The notes under the pieces: generated by a model
Database searches by the model: none
What the model saw: the letters and a program-made list of their open reading frames with translations, nothing else
Told to the model about the DNA's origin: nothing
Shown here: piece by piece, positions 53,195 to 63,045 of the stretch
Numbering within the stretch: the stretch's first letter is position 1
How the letters are laid out: every line of letters starts with the position of its first letter
Assembly: GCF_040289485.1 (NCBI RefSeq)
Contig: NZ_PSLG01000004.1
Location: 1,402 to 65,401, forward strand
Direction of reading: 5' to 3'
Length of the DNA stretch: 64,000 bases
Origin: Thermoflexus sp.
Lineage (GTDB): Bacteria; Chloroflexota; Anaerolineae; Thermoflexales; Thermoflexaceae
Program-made: the position numbers and the translations under genes

Positions 53195-53695
53195 CTAGCG
53201 CTTCTCCCGGGCGATGAAGATGGCCCCCACCAGCGCCGCCAGGATCATCACCGAAGCCAGCTCGAAGGGCAAGGCGAACTGCACGGGGTCCACCAGGGAG
53301 CGGCCCAGGGCCTCAATGGCATCGCCGGGCACCGGGGGGGCCGCCTGGGGCCACGGGAAGCCCGCCAGCACAGGGGCCAGGAGCAGGAAAAAGAGCCCGG
53401 CGATCACCGCGGCCGCCAGGCTCTGGTTGTTCAAGGGCGGGCCCGGGTTGCGGGCCATGCCCCGCGTGAGCATGACGGCGAAGATGATCAGGATGGAGAT
53501 CGCCCCGATATAGATCAGCACCTGGACCCCCGCCAGGAACTCCGCCTCCAGGAGCACGAACAGCCCCGCCACGCCCACGAGGGACAGGATCAGGTAGAGG
53601 ACCGCGTGGAAAAGATGGCGGCTGAGCACGGTCATCAGGCCTGCCCCCAGGGTCAACAGCGCAAACAGGAGAAACATCCCCTGCAACAGCGTCAT
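53195..53695 (-). CDS. nuoJ: NADH-quinone oxidoreductase subunit J
   Basis: 'AEFLAGVQVLIYIGAISILIIFAVML', 'LPFELASV'. Confidence 0.95.
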   Translation of the reverse strand: MTLLQGMFLLFALLTLGAGLMTVLSRHLFHAVLYLILSLVGVAGLFVLLEAEFLAGVQVLIYIGAISILIIFAVMLTRGMARNPGPPLNNQSLAAAVIAGLFFLLLAPVLAGFPWPQAAPPVPGDAIEALGRSLVDPVQFALPFELASVMILAALVGAIFIAREKR

Positions 53696-53719
53696 CGCCG
53701 GTCGCTCCTCTCGGTGGGA

Positions 53720-54931
53720 TCAATGCACCGGGGCCGCCGCCTCCACCGGCTCCGCCTCCTCCGCAGGGGCCATCGCCGCCATGCGGGCCCGGCGCCCCAG
53801 ATAGCCCACCAGGGCCAGGGCCCCGACGAGCATCACCCAGTTGAAGGCGGCAAGGGCCGCCGCCCATGTCCCGCCGGACACCCCGGCCGCCCGCAGCCCC
53901 TTGTCCAGGAGGGCCACCCCGATCAGGTTGAGGATCATCAGCGGCGTGAGGAACTTCCAGTTGAGGTTGAGCATCTGGTCGATCCGGATGCGCGGCAACG
54001 TCGCCCGTAGCCAGAAGAACAGGAAGATCCCCACCCCCATCTTGATCAGCGTCCACAGATAGGGCGGCAACCAGGGGCCCCGCCAGCCGCCCAGGAAGAG
54101 GACAGCGAAGAGGGCCGAGACCACAAGGGCGTGGACGAACTCGCCCAGGAAGACCAGGGCGAACTTCATCCCACTGTATTCGATGTGGAAACCGGCCACG
54201 ATCTCGGATTCTGCCTCCAGAAGATCAAAGGGGGTTCGGCCGACCTCCGCCACACCGGACGCAAAGAACACCAGCGCCGCGAGGGGGAGGACCAGGATGT
54301 AGGGCACATCCTGGGCGAGGACGATGCCCACGGTGGACATGGTGCCCGCGATCATCACCACGGTCACCACGCTGAAGACCGAGGGGATCTCGTAACTGAT
54401 CAGTTGAGCCACCGCCCGGAAGGCCCCGAGGAGGGCGTATTTGTTGTTGCTCCCCCATCCGGCCATCAACACCCCCACCAGGGCCCCCGCCCCCACCGCC
54501 AGGGCGTAAAGCACCCCGATGTTGAGATCCGCACCGATGGCCCCCGGCCCGAAGGGGATCACCACCAGGGGTGCCACGGCGCACGTGGCGATGATCAGCG
54601 GGGCCAGGTTGTAGACCCAGCGGTCAGCCCCAACCGGCATGGTGTCCTCTTTGGTGAGCAATTTGATGCCATCGGCCACCGGCTGGAGGAGCCCATAGGG
54701 CCCGGCCACGTTCGGCCCCAGACGATCCTGGAAGCGGGCTACAACCTTGCGTTCCACATAGGTGAGCAGAGCGAACCCGATGAGCCCGAAGTTGGCCAGG
54801 AGGAAGGCCTTGATCAGCCCCACGATCAGGACCACGGCCCACTCCGGAAGCCCTAGCCCCCGCAGGAACCCATACAGCCAAGCTCCCAAGTAAGGCAGCA
54901 AGTTATAAAGGAGGTCGTAGATCCGTTCCAT
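53720..54931 (-). CDS. nuoH: NADH-quinone oxidoreductase subunit H
   Basis: 'ERK', 'QDRLGPN..GPYGLLQPVADGIKL..KE', 'NKYALLG..R', 'RTPFDL.EAESE', 'EYSG'. Confidence 0.97.
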   Translation of the reverse strand: MERIYDLLYNLLPYLGAWLYGFLRGLGLPEWAVVLIVGLIKAFLLANFGLIGFALLTYVERKVVARFQDRLGPNVAGPYGLLQPVADGIKLLTKEDTMPVGADRWVYNLAPLIIATCAVAPLVVIPFGPGAIGADLNIGVLYALAVGAGALVGVLMAGWGSNNKYALLGAFRAVAQLISYEIPSVFSVVTVVMIAGTMSTVGIVLAQDVPYILVLPLAALVFFASGVAEVGRTPFDLLEAESEIVAGFHIEYSGMKFALVFLGEFVHALVVSALFAVLFLGGWRGPWLPPYLWTLIKMGVGIFLFFWLRATLPRIRIDQMLNLNWKFLTPLMILNLIGVALLDKGLRAAGVSGGTWAAALAAFNWVMLVGALALVGYLGRRARMAAMAPAEEAEPVEAAAPVH

Positions 54932-54999
54932 GGCGCGCTTCACCCCCCGTGACGAACGCTCCGGCAGATCCCCTGACCAGCCCGGCCCATCTCAAGGCC

Positions 55000-55356
55000 T
55001 CAGACCCACTCCAACGACCCCTTCCGCCAGGCATACAGCAGACCGCCCAACAGAAGGAGCAAAAAGAGGGCCATCTCGACCACGGCATAAAACCCCAGCC
55101 GGTTATACGCGACCGCCCACGGGAACAGGAAGACGGCCTCTACGTCGAAGAGGACAAAGATAAGGGCGAAGATATAATACTGGGCGCGGAACTGGACCCA
55201 CGCATCGCCGACTGTCTGAACACCGCACTCGTAGGTTTCCAGTTTCAGCGGGTTGGGTTTCTTGGGCCGCAACAGCCACCAGAGGAGGAGGGTGGCCCCC
55301 AGCAACACCACTGTCACCACGAGGAACAGGCCGACCAGCGCATACGCTTGCAGCAC
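55000..55356 (-). CDS. nuoA: NADH-quinone oxidoreductase subunit A
   Basis: 'KLETYECG', 'YYIFALIFVLFDVE..FLFPWA'. RBS AAGGAGG supports a GTG start at 55356. Confidence 0.96.
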   Translation of the reverse strand: MLQAYALVGLFLVVTVVLLGATLLLWWLLRPKKPNPLKLETYECGVQTVGDAWVQFRAQYYIFALIFVLFDVEAVFLFPWAVAYNRLGFYAVVEMALFLLLLLGGLLYAWRKGSLEWV

Positions 55357-55367
55357 GGGCCGCCTCC

Positions 55368-55404
55368 TTGTTGCGGACATCACAAACACGTTGCGATTAT
55401 AGCA
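55368..55404 (-). promoter_or_regulatory. nuoA promoter: extended -10 plus Rex-like operator
   Basis: TGCTATAAT (55404-55396); TTGTGATGTCCGCAACAA (55385-55368, 10/14 to the Rex consensus) between the -10 and the RBS. Confidence 0.55.
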
Positions 55405-55441
55405 TAGGCTCCCGGTGGGATCAAGGCACCTGGACGGCGCC

Positions 55442-56566
55442 ATGCGCATCGGACTGGTAGACCCCCAAGCCACCGCCGAACGGCAAGCGTGGATCAGCGG
55501 TTGGGCCCGTCGGAGCCGCCATCAGATCCTGCCATTTGTGCTGCCGGCTTCCGGGCCGGCTCCGATAGCGCCCTCGACCTTCGGTGAACGGGCCGAGCGG
55601 TTGGCCCGCCGCCTCCGACGATGGCTGACCGGTTCCGGGGCGCGGAATCCCGCCCGGGAACCGATGGGCCTGCCGGATCTCCTGCTCCTCACGGACGGGC
55701 TGGATGGGTCCGTGTTCCGGGAGGCCTTGGAGGATGTGCTGGGGGATGTGCCCCTCTGGGTGTATTGGCACCGCAGCGCGCTGGCCCATCCCGACCCACC
55801 GCCCCCCGAGATCGCCGCGGTGGAGATCCGCACCGCCCGATCCGCCCACGCCCTCCTGTTCTACGCAGAGGGCCAACGCCGGCGCTTCCTGGAGCGCCTG
55901 CGCCAGCAGGCCTCTGAAGCCCTCCCGTCGGTCGAAACCAAGGCCCACGTCCTCCCGCCCGGCTTCGATCCGGAGCGACCGCCGGCCGGGACGCCCATCC
56001 TCTCCCGCCGGCTGCCCGAACCGCTGATCCTCTGGATCGACCGCGGAGGGCCCGAGGAGCCGGATCTTCTGGCGGCGGCCCTCACCAGCCTGGGGCCCCG
56101 ACCGCCGGCCTTCCGGCTGCTGGCCCTGAACGAGAACCCCGAGGCGGAAAGCCATCGGGCGGCCCGCTGGCCGCTGGCGATCCGAGAGCGCCTGTTGGGG
56201 ATCCTCCGCCCGGGGGACCCGGAGGCAGCTGCCTGGGCGTCGGGGGCCCGCTTGATCCTGGAAACCGCCCGCGGGGGGCCCTCCCCCATCGCCCTGATGA
56301 CCTTCGCGGCTCAGGGCCCCTGGCCCCTGGTTCCCTCCGACTCCGGCTTCCTGGACCTCCTTCCGGAACCGCTGCGGCCGCTGTGCGCCTACGAGGCCCC
56401 TGAGGCCCTGGCCGGCCACCTGGCCCGGGTGCTGACCGCCGGGCCGCCGGAGGATCCCAGCGTCATCCGTCACGCCCTCCTCCCTTACACGTGGCCGGCC
56501 CTCGCCCCCTGCTACGATGCCATGTGCGAAGGCGCCTTCCATCAGCGATCGTCCCGGGCCACCTGA
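55442..56566 (+). CDS. Degenerate DUF3524/GT-B glycosyltransferase-like protein
   Basis: N-terminus 'MRIGLVDP......AWISGWARRSRH....LP', 'PDLLLLT', 'VYWH' and overall layout resemble DUF3524 (GTDC1-like) proteins as I recall them; conserved motifs appear eroded. Confidence 0.5.
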   Translation: MRIGLVDPQATAERQAWISGWARRSRHQILPFVLPASGPAPIAPSTFGERAERLARRLRRWLTGSGARNPAREPMGLPDLLLLTDGLDGSVFREALEDVLGDVPLWVYWHRSALAHPDPPPPEIAAVEIRTARSAHALLFYAEGQRRRFLERLRQQASEALPSVETKAHVLPPGFDPERPPAGTPILSRRLPEPLILWIDRGGPEEPDLLAAALTSLGPRPPAFRLLALNENPEAESHRAARWPLAIRERLLGILRPGDPEAAAWASGARLILETARGGPSPIALMTFAAQGPWPLVPSDSGFLDLLPEPLRPLCAYEAPEALAGHLARVLTAGPPEDPSVIRHALLPYTWPALAPCYDAMCEGAFHQRSSRAT

Positions 56567-57465
56567 AACCGGCCGTTCTCGAAGACCACCCGCTGAACGA
56601 TCCGCTGGTCCGCCAATGGGGTCTCCGGCCGGGCACGGACCACGATGCGCACCTGGTCCCTCAAGGGGGTCACCACCACCTTACGTGCCAGGATCTCCTG
56701 AACCTGGAAGATGCCGGCCGAGTTGCTGAGATAAACCACAATCTCGATGGGGAGGTCACCCCCATCCCGGATCTCCACCTCATCGACTGCCAGCGCCGAG
56801 ACCGAATGGATATCCACCTTCCCCAGGTCAAAGGCGGCCCGGCCGCGCCCCTTGGTCATATCGGTGCCATCGGCGATGGCCACCACAGAGGCCTCCACAG
56901 TCAACGGAGGGGGCGAGCCGTCGTGGCTGGCGATACACGAGAGGATGAACCCGGCGATCAACTGCTCCTGCTCCGGATCCGGGTAGATCTCGGGGAGCCA
57001 GCGCGGCAGCAACTGGGCGGCCAGCATCACCCCGTATTCGATGTGGCCGACACGATGGATCATATTGCCGATGTCATGCAGCATCTCCGCCGCCAGGACC
57101 ACCAGGAAGGCGTCGTCGACGTCCCCCGCCCCCGAGGAGACCACATCGAACGGGATGGCGTGTTGTCGAAGCAGCGCCATCATCTGCATGGCCGCCGCTG
57201 TGGCCACGCGGGCGTGGACAGGGCCATGATCGTTGTAGTTCAGTTTGTAGACGGCCATATAGTTGGCCAGATCCCAGCAGGCGTCGAGCCGCGGATCCTG
57301 CACCAGGCGCTCATAGAGGTGGGCCGCCTTCGGATAATCGGCCACGATCCGCCAGATCGTCGCATCCGCCCGCTCAGCCAGTTGCTGGTAGTCCGGGGCG
57401 ATCTCGATGACCACGCCGTGGTCACGATAAGAAATCGATCGCCGCGGCACCCGAACCTTGCTCAT
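56542..57465 (-). CDS. HD-superfamily phosphohydrolase (COG3294-like)
   Basis: 'YNDHGPVH', 'LHDIGN..HR..H', 'IASHD', 'ADGTDMTKGR.R'. Confidence 0.82.
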   Translation of the reverse strand: MSKVRVPRRSISYRDHGVVIEIAPDYQQLAERADATIWRIVADYPKAAHLYERLVQDPRLDACWDLANYMAVYKLNYNDHGPVHARVATAAAMQMMALLRQHAIPFDVVSSGAGDVDDAFLVVLAAEMLHDIGNMIHRVGHIEYGVMLAAQLLPRWLPEIYPDPEQEQLIAGFILSCIASHDGSPPPLTVEASVVAIADGTDMTKGRGRAAFDLGKVDIHSVSALAVDEVEIRDGGDLPIEIVVYLSNSAGIFQVQEILARKVVVTPLRDQVRIVVRARPETPLADQRIVQRVVFENGRFQVARDDR

Positions 57466-57503
57466 CCCAGGGCCTCCTTTCGCACCCATGGACACGGGTC
57501 CCT

Positions 57504-60134
57504 TCATGCGGGATCCTTCCCTGGCTCCGCCGACATCTGGCGGTCCGCCCCCTCTTCCAGAAGCCCTCTCAATTCGTAGAGTTTGTGCAAGGCCTCGAGG
57601 GGCGAGAGGCTCTCCGGATCCAGCCGGCGCAGTGCGTGGATGACCGGATGTTCCACGAAGAGGGGAAGCGGCGCGGCGGGGGGCATCCGCGGACGCACGG
57701 CCGGCTCCCCCCGCTCCAGGCGGGCCAGCAGCTCCCGGGCCCGTCGGATCACGGGACGGGGCAGGCCGGCCAGTTCGGCGACATGGATCCCGTAACTGCG
57801 ATCGGCGCCCCCGGGGCGCATCTGATAGAGGAAAACGATCCGCCCATCGATCTCGGCAGCCGCCATGTGGGCGTTGCGCACGCGGGGCAAGTAGGCGGCC
57901 AGGGCCGTCAGTTCGTGGTAATGCGTGGCGAAGAGCACCTTCGGGCGCCGGCGGGGATGGTTGTGGAGATACTCGGCCACCGCCCAGGCGATGGCCAGAC
58001 CATCGTAGGTGCTGGTCCCCCGCCCGATCTCATCCAGCACCACCAGGCTGTCGGCCGTCGCCTGATGCAGGATGTAGGCCGTCTCGCTCATCTCGACCAT
58101 GAAGGTCGAACGGCCGGCGGCCAGTTCGTCGTGGGCGCCGATGCGGGTGAAGATCCGATCCACCGGGCGCAACCGGGCCCGGGCGGCAGGGACGAAGGAG
58201 CCGACCTGGGCCATCAGCACGATCAGGGCCACCTGCCGCAGCAAGGTGCTCTTCCCCGCCATGTTCGGTCCGGTGAGGATCAGGATCCGCCCGCCTTCGT
58301 CCAGGACGATGTCGTTGGGCACGAAGCGGCCCTCCAGGGCGCGCTCGACGACCGGATGCCGGCCCTCGCGGATCTCCAAAAGGTCCTCCTCCACCAACTC
58401 GGGGCGCACATAGCGGTAGCGGGCCGCCGCCTCGGCCAGGCCGGCCACGACATCGAGATGGGCGATGGCGCGGGCGATGGCCAGCAGCCGAGGGACATCG
58501 GCCCCTGCCTGCTGGCACAGGTCGCGGAACAGCGCCGCCTCCAGTTCCGCCTGGCGGGCCTCCGCGTTCAACACCATGGCCTCAAATTCCTTCAGTTCGG
58601 GGGTGACGAACCGCTCAGCCCCGCTCAGGGTCTGCTTGCGAATGTAATCCGGGGGGACCTGGCCGGCGGCCGCCTTCGGGACTTCGATGTAATAGCCGAA
58701 GACCTTGTTGTAGCCCACCCGCAGGGTGCGGATGCCCGTCCGCTGCCGTTCCCGTTGTTCCAGAGCGGCCAGCCATGCCTGGGCGTCGCGGGCCACAGCC
58801 CGCCAGCGATCGAGTTCCTCGGAGAACCCCTCTCGGATGACGCCGCCCTCCTGCAGGGTCGGCGGCGGATCCTCGACCAAGGCGCGGTGCAAGAGGTCCA
58901 GCAAGGCCGGCATGGGCTCCAGGGCCGCGGCCGCCCGGCGCACCGCTTCACCCCCAGGGCCTTCCATGCTCACCAGGAGAGCTTGGATCGCCGGAAGGAA
59001 CCCTAGGGCCCGCCGCAACGCCGCCAGGTCCCGCGGCGAGGCCAGCCCGCTGCGCAGCCGGCCGGCCAGCCGCTCCAGGTCCGGGAACCCCCGCAGCAGC
59101 CCGGCCAGCCGCTCTCGAGCGATCGGCTGGTCCACGAAGGCCTGCACTTGATCCAGGCGGGCCTCGATGGCCGCGCGGTCCTTCAGCGGCTGCGAAAGCC
59201 ACGCGCGCAGCAATCGTCCGCCCATCGGAGTGTGGGTGAAATCCAGGACGGAGAGCAGCGAGCCTCCCCGCAGGCCGCCGGCCATCCCTTCGGTCAGTTC
59301 CAGATGGCGCTGGGTGGCCGGATCCAGCACCATATAGGCCGCCGTGGTATAGACTTCCAGGGCGGTCAGCAGGGAGAGGGCCTCCGGCCGGGTCTCCCGC
59401 AGATAGGCCAGGATCGCCCCCGCGGCGCGGACGGCCAGCGGCTGGTCCTCTGCGCCGAAGGCGTGGAGGGAGGCGACCTGGAAATGCTCCAGCAGGGCAC
59501 GGCGCGCGCGACGGAGTTCGAAATGCGCGGCGTCGAAGGGGGTGAAGTGTAAATCGGCGTCTGCTGGAGGGAGGAGCGGCGGGGTGGCGGGCTCCCCGGA
59601 GACGGCTGGGAAAAGGCACTCGCGGGGAGCCACCCGCAGCCATTCGGCCTCCGCCTCTCCCCGGGCCTGCGGGCCCGTCCACTGGGTGGCGGCGAAATGC
59701 CCCGTGGTGACATCGCAATGGGCGAAGCCAACCCCCTCGGCCTCCTCCACCCAGGCTGCCAGGTAGTGAGGCCGCCGCTCTTCGAGGAGGCCGGGCTCCA
59801 TCGCTGTCCCGGGAGTCACCACCCGGACCACACGTCGGGGCATCAAGCCGTTGACCGGGTCGCCGACCTGCTCGGCGATGGCGACGCGGTAGCCCTTCTC
59901 CACCAGGCGCGCGAGGTAGGACTCCAGGGCGTGGTGGGGGACGCCCGCCATGGGCACCCGCTGGCCCTTGCCGATCGGCCGGGAGGTCAGCACCAGATCC
60001 AGTTCCCGGGCCACTACCTCGGCGTCCTCATCAAACGCCTCGTAGAAATCTCCCAGGCGGAAGAGAAGGATGGCGTCGGGATGCTGCTGTTTCAAGCTGA
60101 GATACTGCCGGCGGATGGGGGTCAGATCTTCCAT
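57504..60134 (-). CDS. mutS: DNA mismatch repair protein MutS
   Basis: 'TP...QY...K', 'FRLGDFYE.F..DA', 'GPNMAGKST', 'STFMVEM', 'DEIGRGTSTYDG', 'FATHYHEL', 'SYGIHVA'. Confidence 0.98.
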   Translation of the reverse strand: MEDLTPIRRQYLSLKQQHPDAILLFRLGDFYEAFDEDAEVVARELDLVLTSRPIGKGQRVPMAGVPHHALESYLARLVEKGYRVAIAEQVGDPVNGLMPRRVVRVVTPGTAMEPGLLEERRPHYLAAWVEEAEGVGFAHCDVTTGHFAATQWTGPQARGEAEAEWLRVAPRECLFPAVSGEPATPPLLPPADADLHFTPFDAAHFELRRARRALLEHFQVASLHAFGAEDQPLAVRAAGAILAYLRETRPEALSLLTALEVYTTAAYMVLDPATQRHLELTEGMAGGLRGGSLLSVLDFTHTPMGGRLLRAWLSQPLKDRAAIEARLDQVQAFVDQPIARERLAGLLRGFPDLERLAGRLRSGLASPRDLAALRRALGFLPAIQALLVSMEGPGGEAVRRAAAALEPMPALLDLLHRALVEDPPPTLQEGGVIREGFSEELDRWRAVARDAQAWLAALEQRERQRTGIRTLRVGYNKVFGYYIEVPKAAAGQVPPDYIRKQTLSGAERFVTPELKEFEAMVLNAEARQAELEAALFRDLCQQAGADVPRLLAIARAIAHLDVVAGLAEAAARYRYVRPELVEEDLLEIREGRHPVVERALEGRFVPNDIVLDEGGRILILTGPNMAGKSTLLRQVALIVLMAQVGSFVPAARARLRPVDRIFTRIGAHDELAAGRSTFMVEMSETAYILHQATADSLVVLDEIGRGTSTYDGLAIAWAVAEYLHNHPRRRPKVLFATHYHELTALAAYLPRVRNAHMAAAEIDGRIVFLYQMRPGGADRSYGIHVAELAGLPRPVIRRARELLARLERGEPAVRPRMPPAAPLPLFVEHPVIHALRRLDPESLSPLEALHKLYELRGLLEEGADRQMSAEPGKDPA

Positions 60135-60212
60135 GGCCCTCGCTCCCCAAGGCGGGAGGATGCCCTCCCGGATGCCTATCATTCTATTGGAGCCACCTGC
60201 GGGGTGAAAACC

Positions 60213-62663
60213 ATGGCCCGATTCTCCGTGCGTTTGCTGGTGACCATCGGCCTGGGCATCGGGGCCCTCGGCGTCCTGCGGTTGGGCATGGGGACGGCGG
60301 GCCCGGGGCGGGCCGCCACGACCCAGGTGTGGATCGTCGCCGTCCACCCGGACGGCGTGTTCACTGGGGAGCCGGACGAGGCGGTCCGCCTGTTCGCGGC
60401 GGGGCCAGATCCGGTCGACGTGAGCGGGTGGACGCTGCGGGATCGCTGGGCCGGGACGGGCGGCCTGCGCTTCCCCGCCGGCTTCACCCTCCCGCCGGGG
60501 GCTGCCATCTGGATCGCCCATCATGCCCTTTCTTTCACGATGGCTTTCGGCTATCCGCCGGACGCCGCGGTCTTCACCGATGGGCTGACCGCTGTGCGCC
60601 CTCTCAGCGGAACATGGCCGAGACTCGCCAACGCGGGGGGTGAGGTGGTGCTACGGGACAGCACAGGGGGCCTGGTGGACGCTGTGATCTACGGGGACGG
60701 TTACACCGAGACCCTGGGATGGCATGGATCCTTCGTCCGGCCCTATGGGATCGCCGGCGCGCGGCGCGAGGGCCGCCTGTTGATCCGCCGCTGGGACCCG
60801 GCCTCCGGCCTGCCCATCGACACGGACACCGCGGGCGATTGGGCCACCGACGCAGCGGATCCGTGGATCGGACGCCGGATTCAATTTCCGGGATGGGCGC
60901 CGGAGCGTTACGGTGCCCCCTTCCGGATCAGCGGGACCCTTCCGATGACGCTGATGGTGGCCCCGGATCATGCCTTCGAGGCGGTCTCGTCCCTGTTGGA
61001 GATGGCCCGAACTTCGATCCGGGGGGAGGTTTTCACCTTTGAGCATCCTCGCCTGGCCGAGCGGCTGGCTGCGGCCGCCCGGCGGGGGGTCTCCGTCACC
61101 CTGCTCCTGGAGGGAACGCCACCGGGGGGCCTCACCGATGACGGCCGCTACGCCTGTCGGCTCCTTCGGGAGGCCGGCGGCCGCTGCCTGACCATGCGCA
61201 ATCGACCGGACGCGGATCCACCGGCCCTGCGGCGCTATGCCTACGCCCACGCCAAGTTCCTGGTGATCGATGACCGGTGGGTGCTGATCGGCACGGAGAA
61301 CTTGAGCCCCCGGGCGATGCCGGACGATCCCAAAGACGATGGAACAGAAGGCCAACGGGGAGTCATGGTGGCTTTTGAATCTCCCGAGGCCGCGGCGTTC
61401 CTGAGCGGCCTGTTCGCCTACGACACCGACCCTCGGTTCCGGGATGTGGCCCCGCTGATGGAGGATCCCCCGCCGACCTACACCCCACCCTTTACCCTGG
61501 GGGGCAGCGCCTACCCGGTTCGTTTCCCGGCGCCGATCCCCATCACCGCCGAAGAGGTAACCCTCATTGTGGGTCCCGAAGGGTTGCTGAACCTGGAATC
61601 AGGGTGGTGGGGAATCGTGCGGCGGGCAGGCCCTGGGGATCTCCTGCTGGCCCAGCAACTGGCCGTCCCCTCCTGGTGGGGGCCGTCCTCCGCCGACCCG
61701 GCGACGGCCCCCGTGATCTCCCCCAACCTTTACCTCGCCTCCCTGATCGAGGCGGCGGGGCGCGGGGCCCACGTGCGGTTGCTGATGGATCGATTCTATG
61801 ACGATGCGGCGAGCCCGCGCAGCAACGCGGCGACAAAGGCCTATGTCGAGGCGCTGCAGGCCCTCAGCCCCGCCCTCTCCAGCACCCTGCAGGTCCGCCT
61901 GGGGAACCCGGGCGGGCGGGGATTGCACAACAAAATGAGCCTGTTGCGCCTGGGGGAGTCCAAATACGTGTTCATCGGTTCGGCCAACAGCACCGAGACC
62001 TCTCACAAACTCAACCGGGAGATCGCGCTGCTCTTTCGCTCTGAAGACGGGTTTAACGTCTTGGCCGAACTGTTCCGGTTCGATTGGGAACTCTCGCAAC
62101 CCCGGCTGTATCTGCCGCTGGTGTTCCGGGATCACCGTCCGCCGCACTTGCTCCTCAGTGAGGTCATGGTCAACGCTCTTGGCTTGGATCCCAACGAAGA
62201 ATGGGTGGAGATTTACAACCCGACGGGGACATGGATCGATCTCCGGGATTATCGCGTCGGGGATGCGGCGAACCCAGGAGATTACGAAGGCATGTATCGC
62301 TTTCCGATAGGGGCAGCCATCGGGCCCGGGCAGGTCATCGTGGTGGCGGTCTCTGCCCAGGCTTTTCAAAGCCGTTACGGGCGGCGTCCGTCCTTTGAAC
62401 TGGCGGGGACGGATCCGCTGGTTCCAGATATGGTGCCGGATCCCACATGGGGACGGGGGACCTGGAACTTGAACGACACCCAAGACGAGGTGGTGCTACT
62501 GGGTCCCGACGGGGAAGTCGACCGCGTGGCGTGGGGAGCCGCCCCGCGTTGCCCGGCTCCTCCGCGGGGCCAAAGCCTGGAGCGCTTCCCGGCCTCCCGG
62601 GACACCGACACCTGCGCCGACTGGCGGGTCCAGCCCTTCCCCTCGCCCGGATCGGTGCCGTGA
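60213..62663 (+). CDS. Secreted lamin-tail-domain / phospholipase D-like protein (LTD-PLD-PLD-LTD)
   Basis: Signal/TM segment, LTD ('DEAVRL...VDVSGWTL'), HKD1 'HAKFLVIDD', HKD2-like 'HNKMSLLR...IGSAN', second LTD 'LLLSEV....EWVEIYNP....IDL..Y.VGD'. Confidence 0.85.
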   Translation: MARFSVRLLVTIGLGIGALGVLRLGMGTAGPGRAATTQVWIVAVHPDGVFTGEPDEAVRLFAAGPDPVDVSGWTLRDRWAGTGGLRFPAGFTLPPGAAIWIAHHALSFTMAFGYPPDAAVFTDGLTAVRPLSGTWPRLANAGGEVVLRDSTGGLVDAVIYGDGYTETLGWHGSFVRPYGIAGARREGRLLIRRWDPASGLPIDTDTAGDWATDAADPWIGRRIQFPGWAPERYGAPFRISGTLPMTLMVAPDHAFEAVSSLLEMARTSIRGEVFTFEHPRLAERLAAAARRGVSVTLLLEGTPPGGLTDDGRYACRLLREAGGRCLTMRNRPDADPPALRRYAYAHAKFLVIDDRWVLIGTENLSPRAMPDDPKDDGTEGQRGVMVAFESPEAAAFLSGLFAYDTDPRFRDVAPLMEDPPPTYTPPFTLGGSAYPVRFPAPIPITAEEVTLIVGPEGLLNLESGWWGIVRRAGPGDLLLAQQLAVPSWWGPSSADPATAPVISPNLYLASLIEAAGRGAHVRLLMDRFYDDAASPRSNAATKAYVEALQALSPALSSTLQVRLGNPGGRGLHNKMSLLRLGESKYVFIGSANSTETSHKLNREIALLFRSEDGFNVLAELFRFDWELSQPRLYLPLVFRDHRPPHLLLSEVMVNALGLDPNEEWVEIYNPTGTWIDLRDYRVGDAANPGDYEGMYRFPIGAAIGPGQVIVVAVSAQAFQSRYGRRPSFELAGTDPLVPDMVPDPTWGRGTWNLNDTQDEVVLLGPDGEVDRVAWGAAPRCPAPPRGQSLERFPASRDTDTCADWRVQPFPSPGSVP

Positions 62664-62731
62664 GATCACGGCCGGAACCCGGTTGCACAGATCCTCTTGC
62701 GGCCTGAGGAAACCACACCGTGCGAGACCCG

Positions 62732-63033
62732 ATGGGCCTCACCATCAAGGATCCGGAGGATCTGATCCGTCTGCTGGAAAAGCACGCCGACTGGCGGGAG
62801 CGGCGGCTGCGGGCCATGCGCTCGGAGGAGCTGCTCGCATTGCCGGAGGCCTTCCGCTCTGCGGGCTTTCGAAAGCGCCCCTTGGCCCTGGGCATCAAGC
62901 CCCCTACTGGTTCTATCGCTACGGCCTGCGGGGGCTGTGGGGGCCGAGGACGCCGGTGTCGGCCTGCTGTGGCCCCGCGGCGAATGGATCCCTGCCCCAG
63001 GCCCGGAGGGCGAGGCCGTCTCCTGAAAGGGAG
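62732..63033 (+). pseudogene. Internally deleted remnant of a coiled-coil/PD-(D/E)XK-type gene
   Basis: 'MGLTIKDPEDLIRLLEKHADWRERRLRAMRSEELLALPE' resembles the N-termini of thermophile coiled-coil nuclease-fold proteins. No coiled coil follows; frames break within 100 bp. Confidence 0.4.
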
Positions 63034-63045
63034 GGCCGCAATGCC

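Noticed and set aside
59697-60524. Apparent 800-bp overlap between the MutS and PLD ORFs
   Set aside because: Both ORFs were extended to upstream alternative starts. Real starts are 60134 (-) and 60213 (+), leaving a 78-bp divergent promoter.
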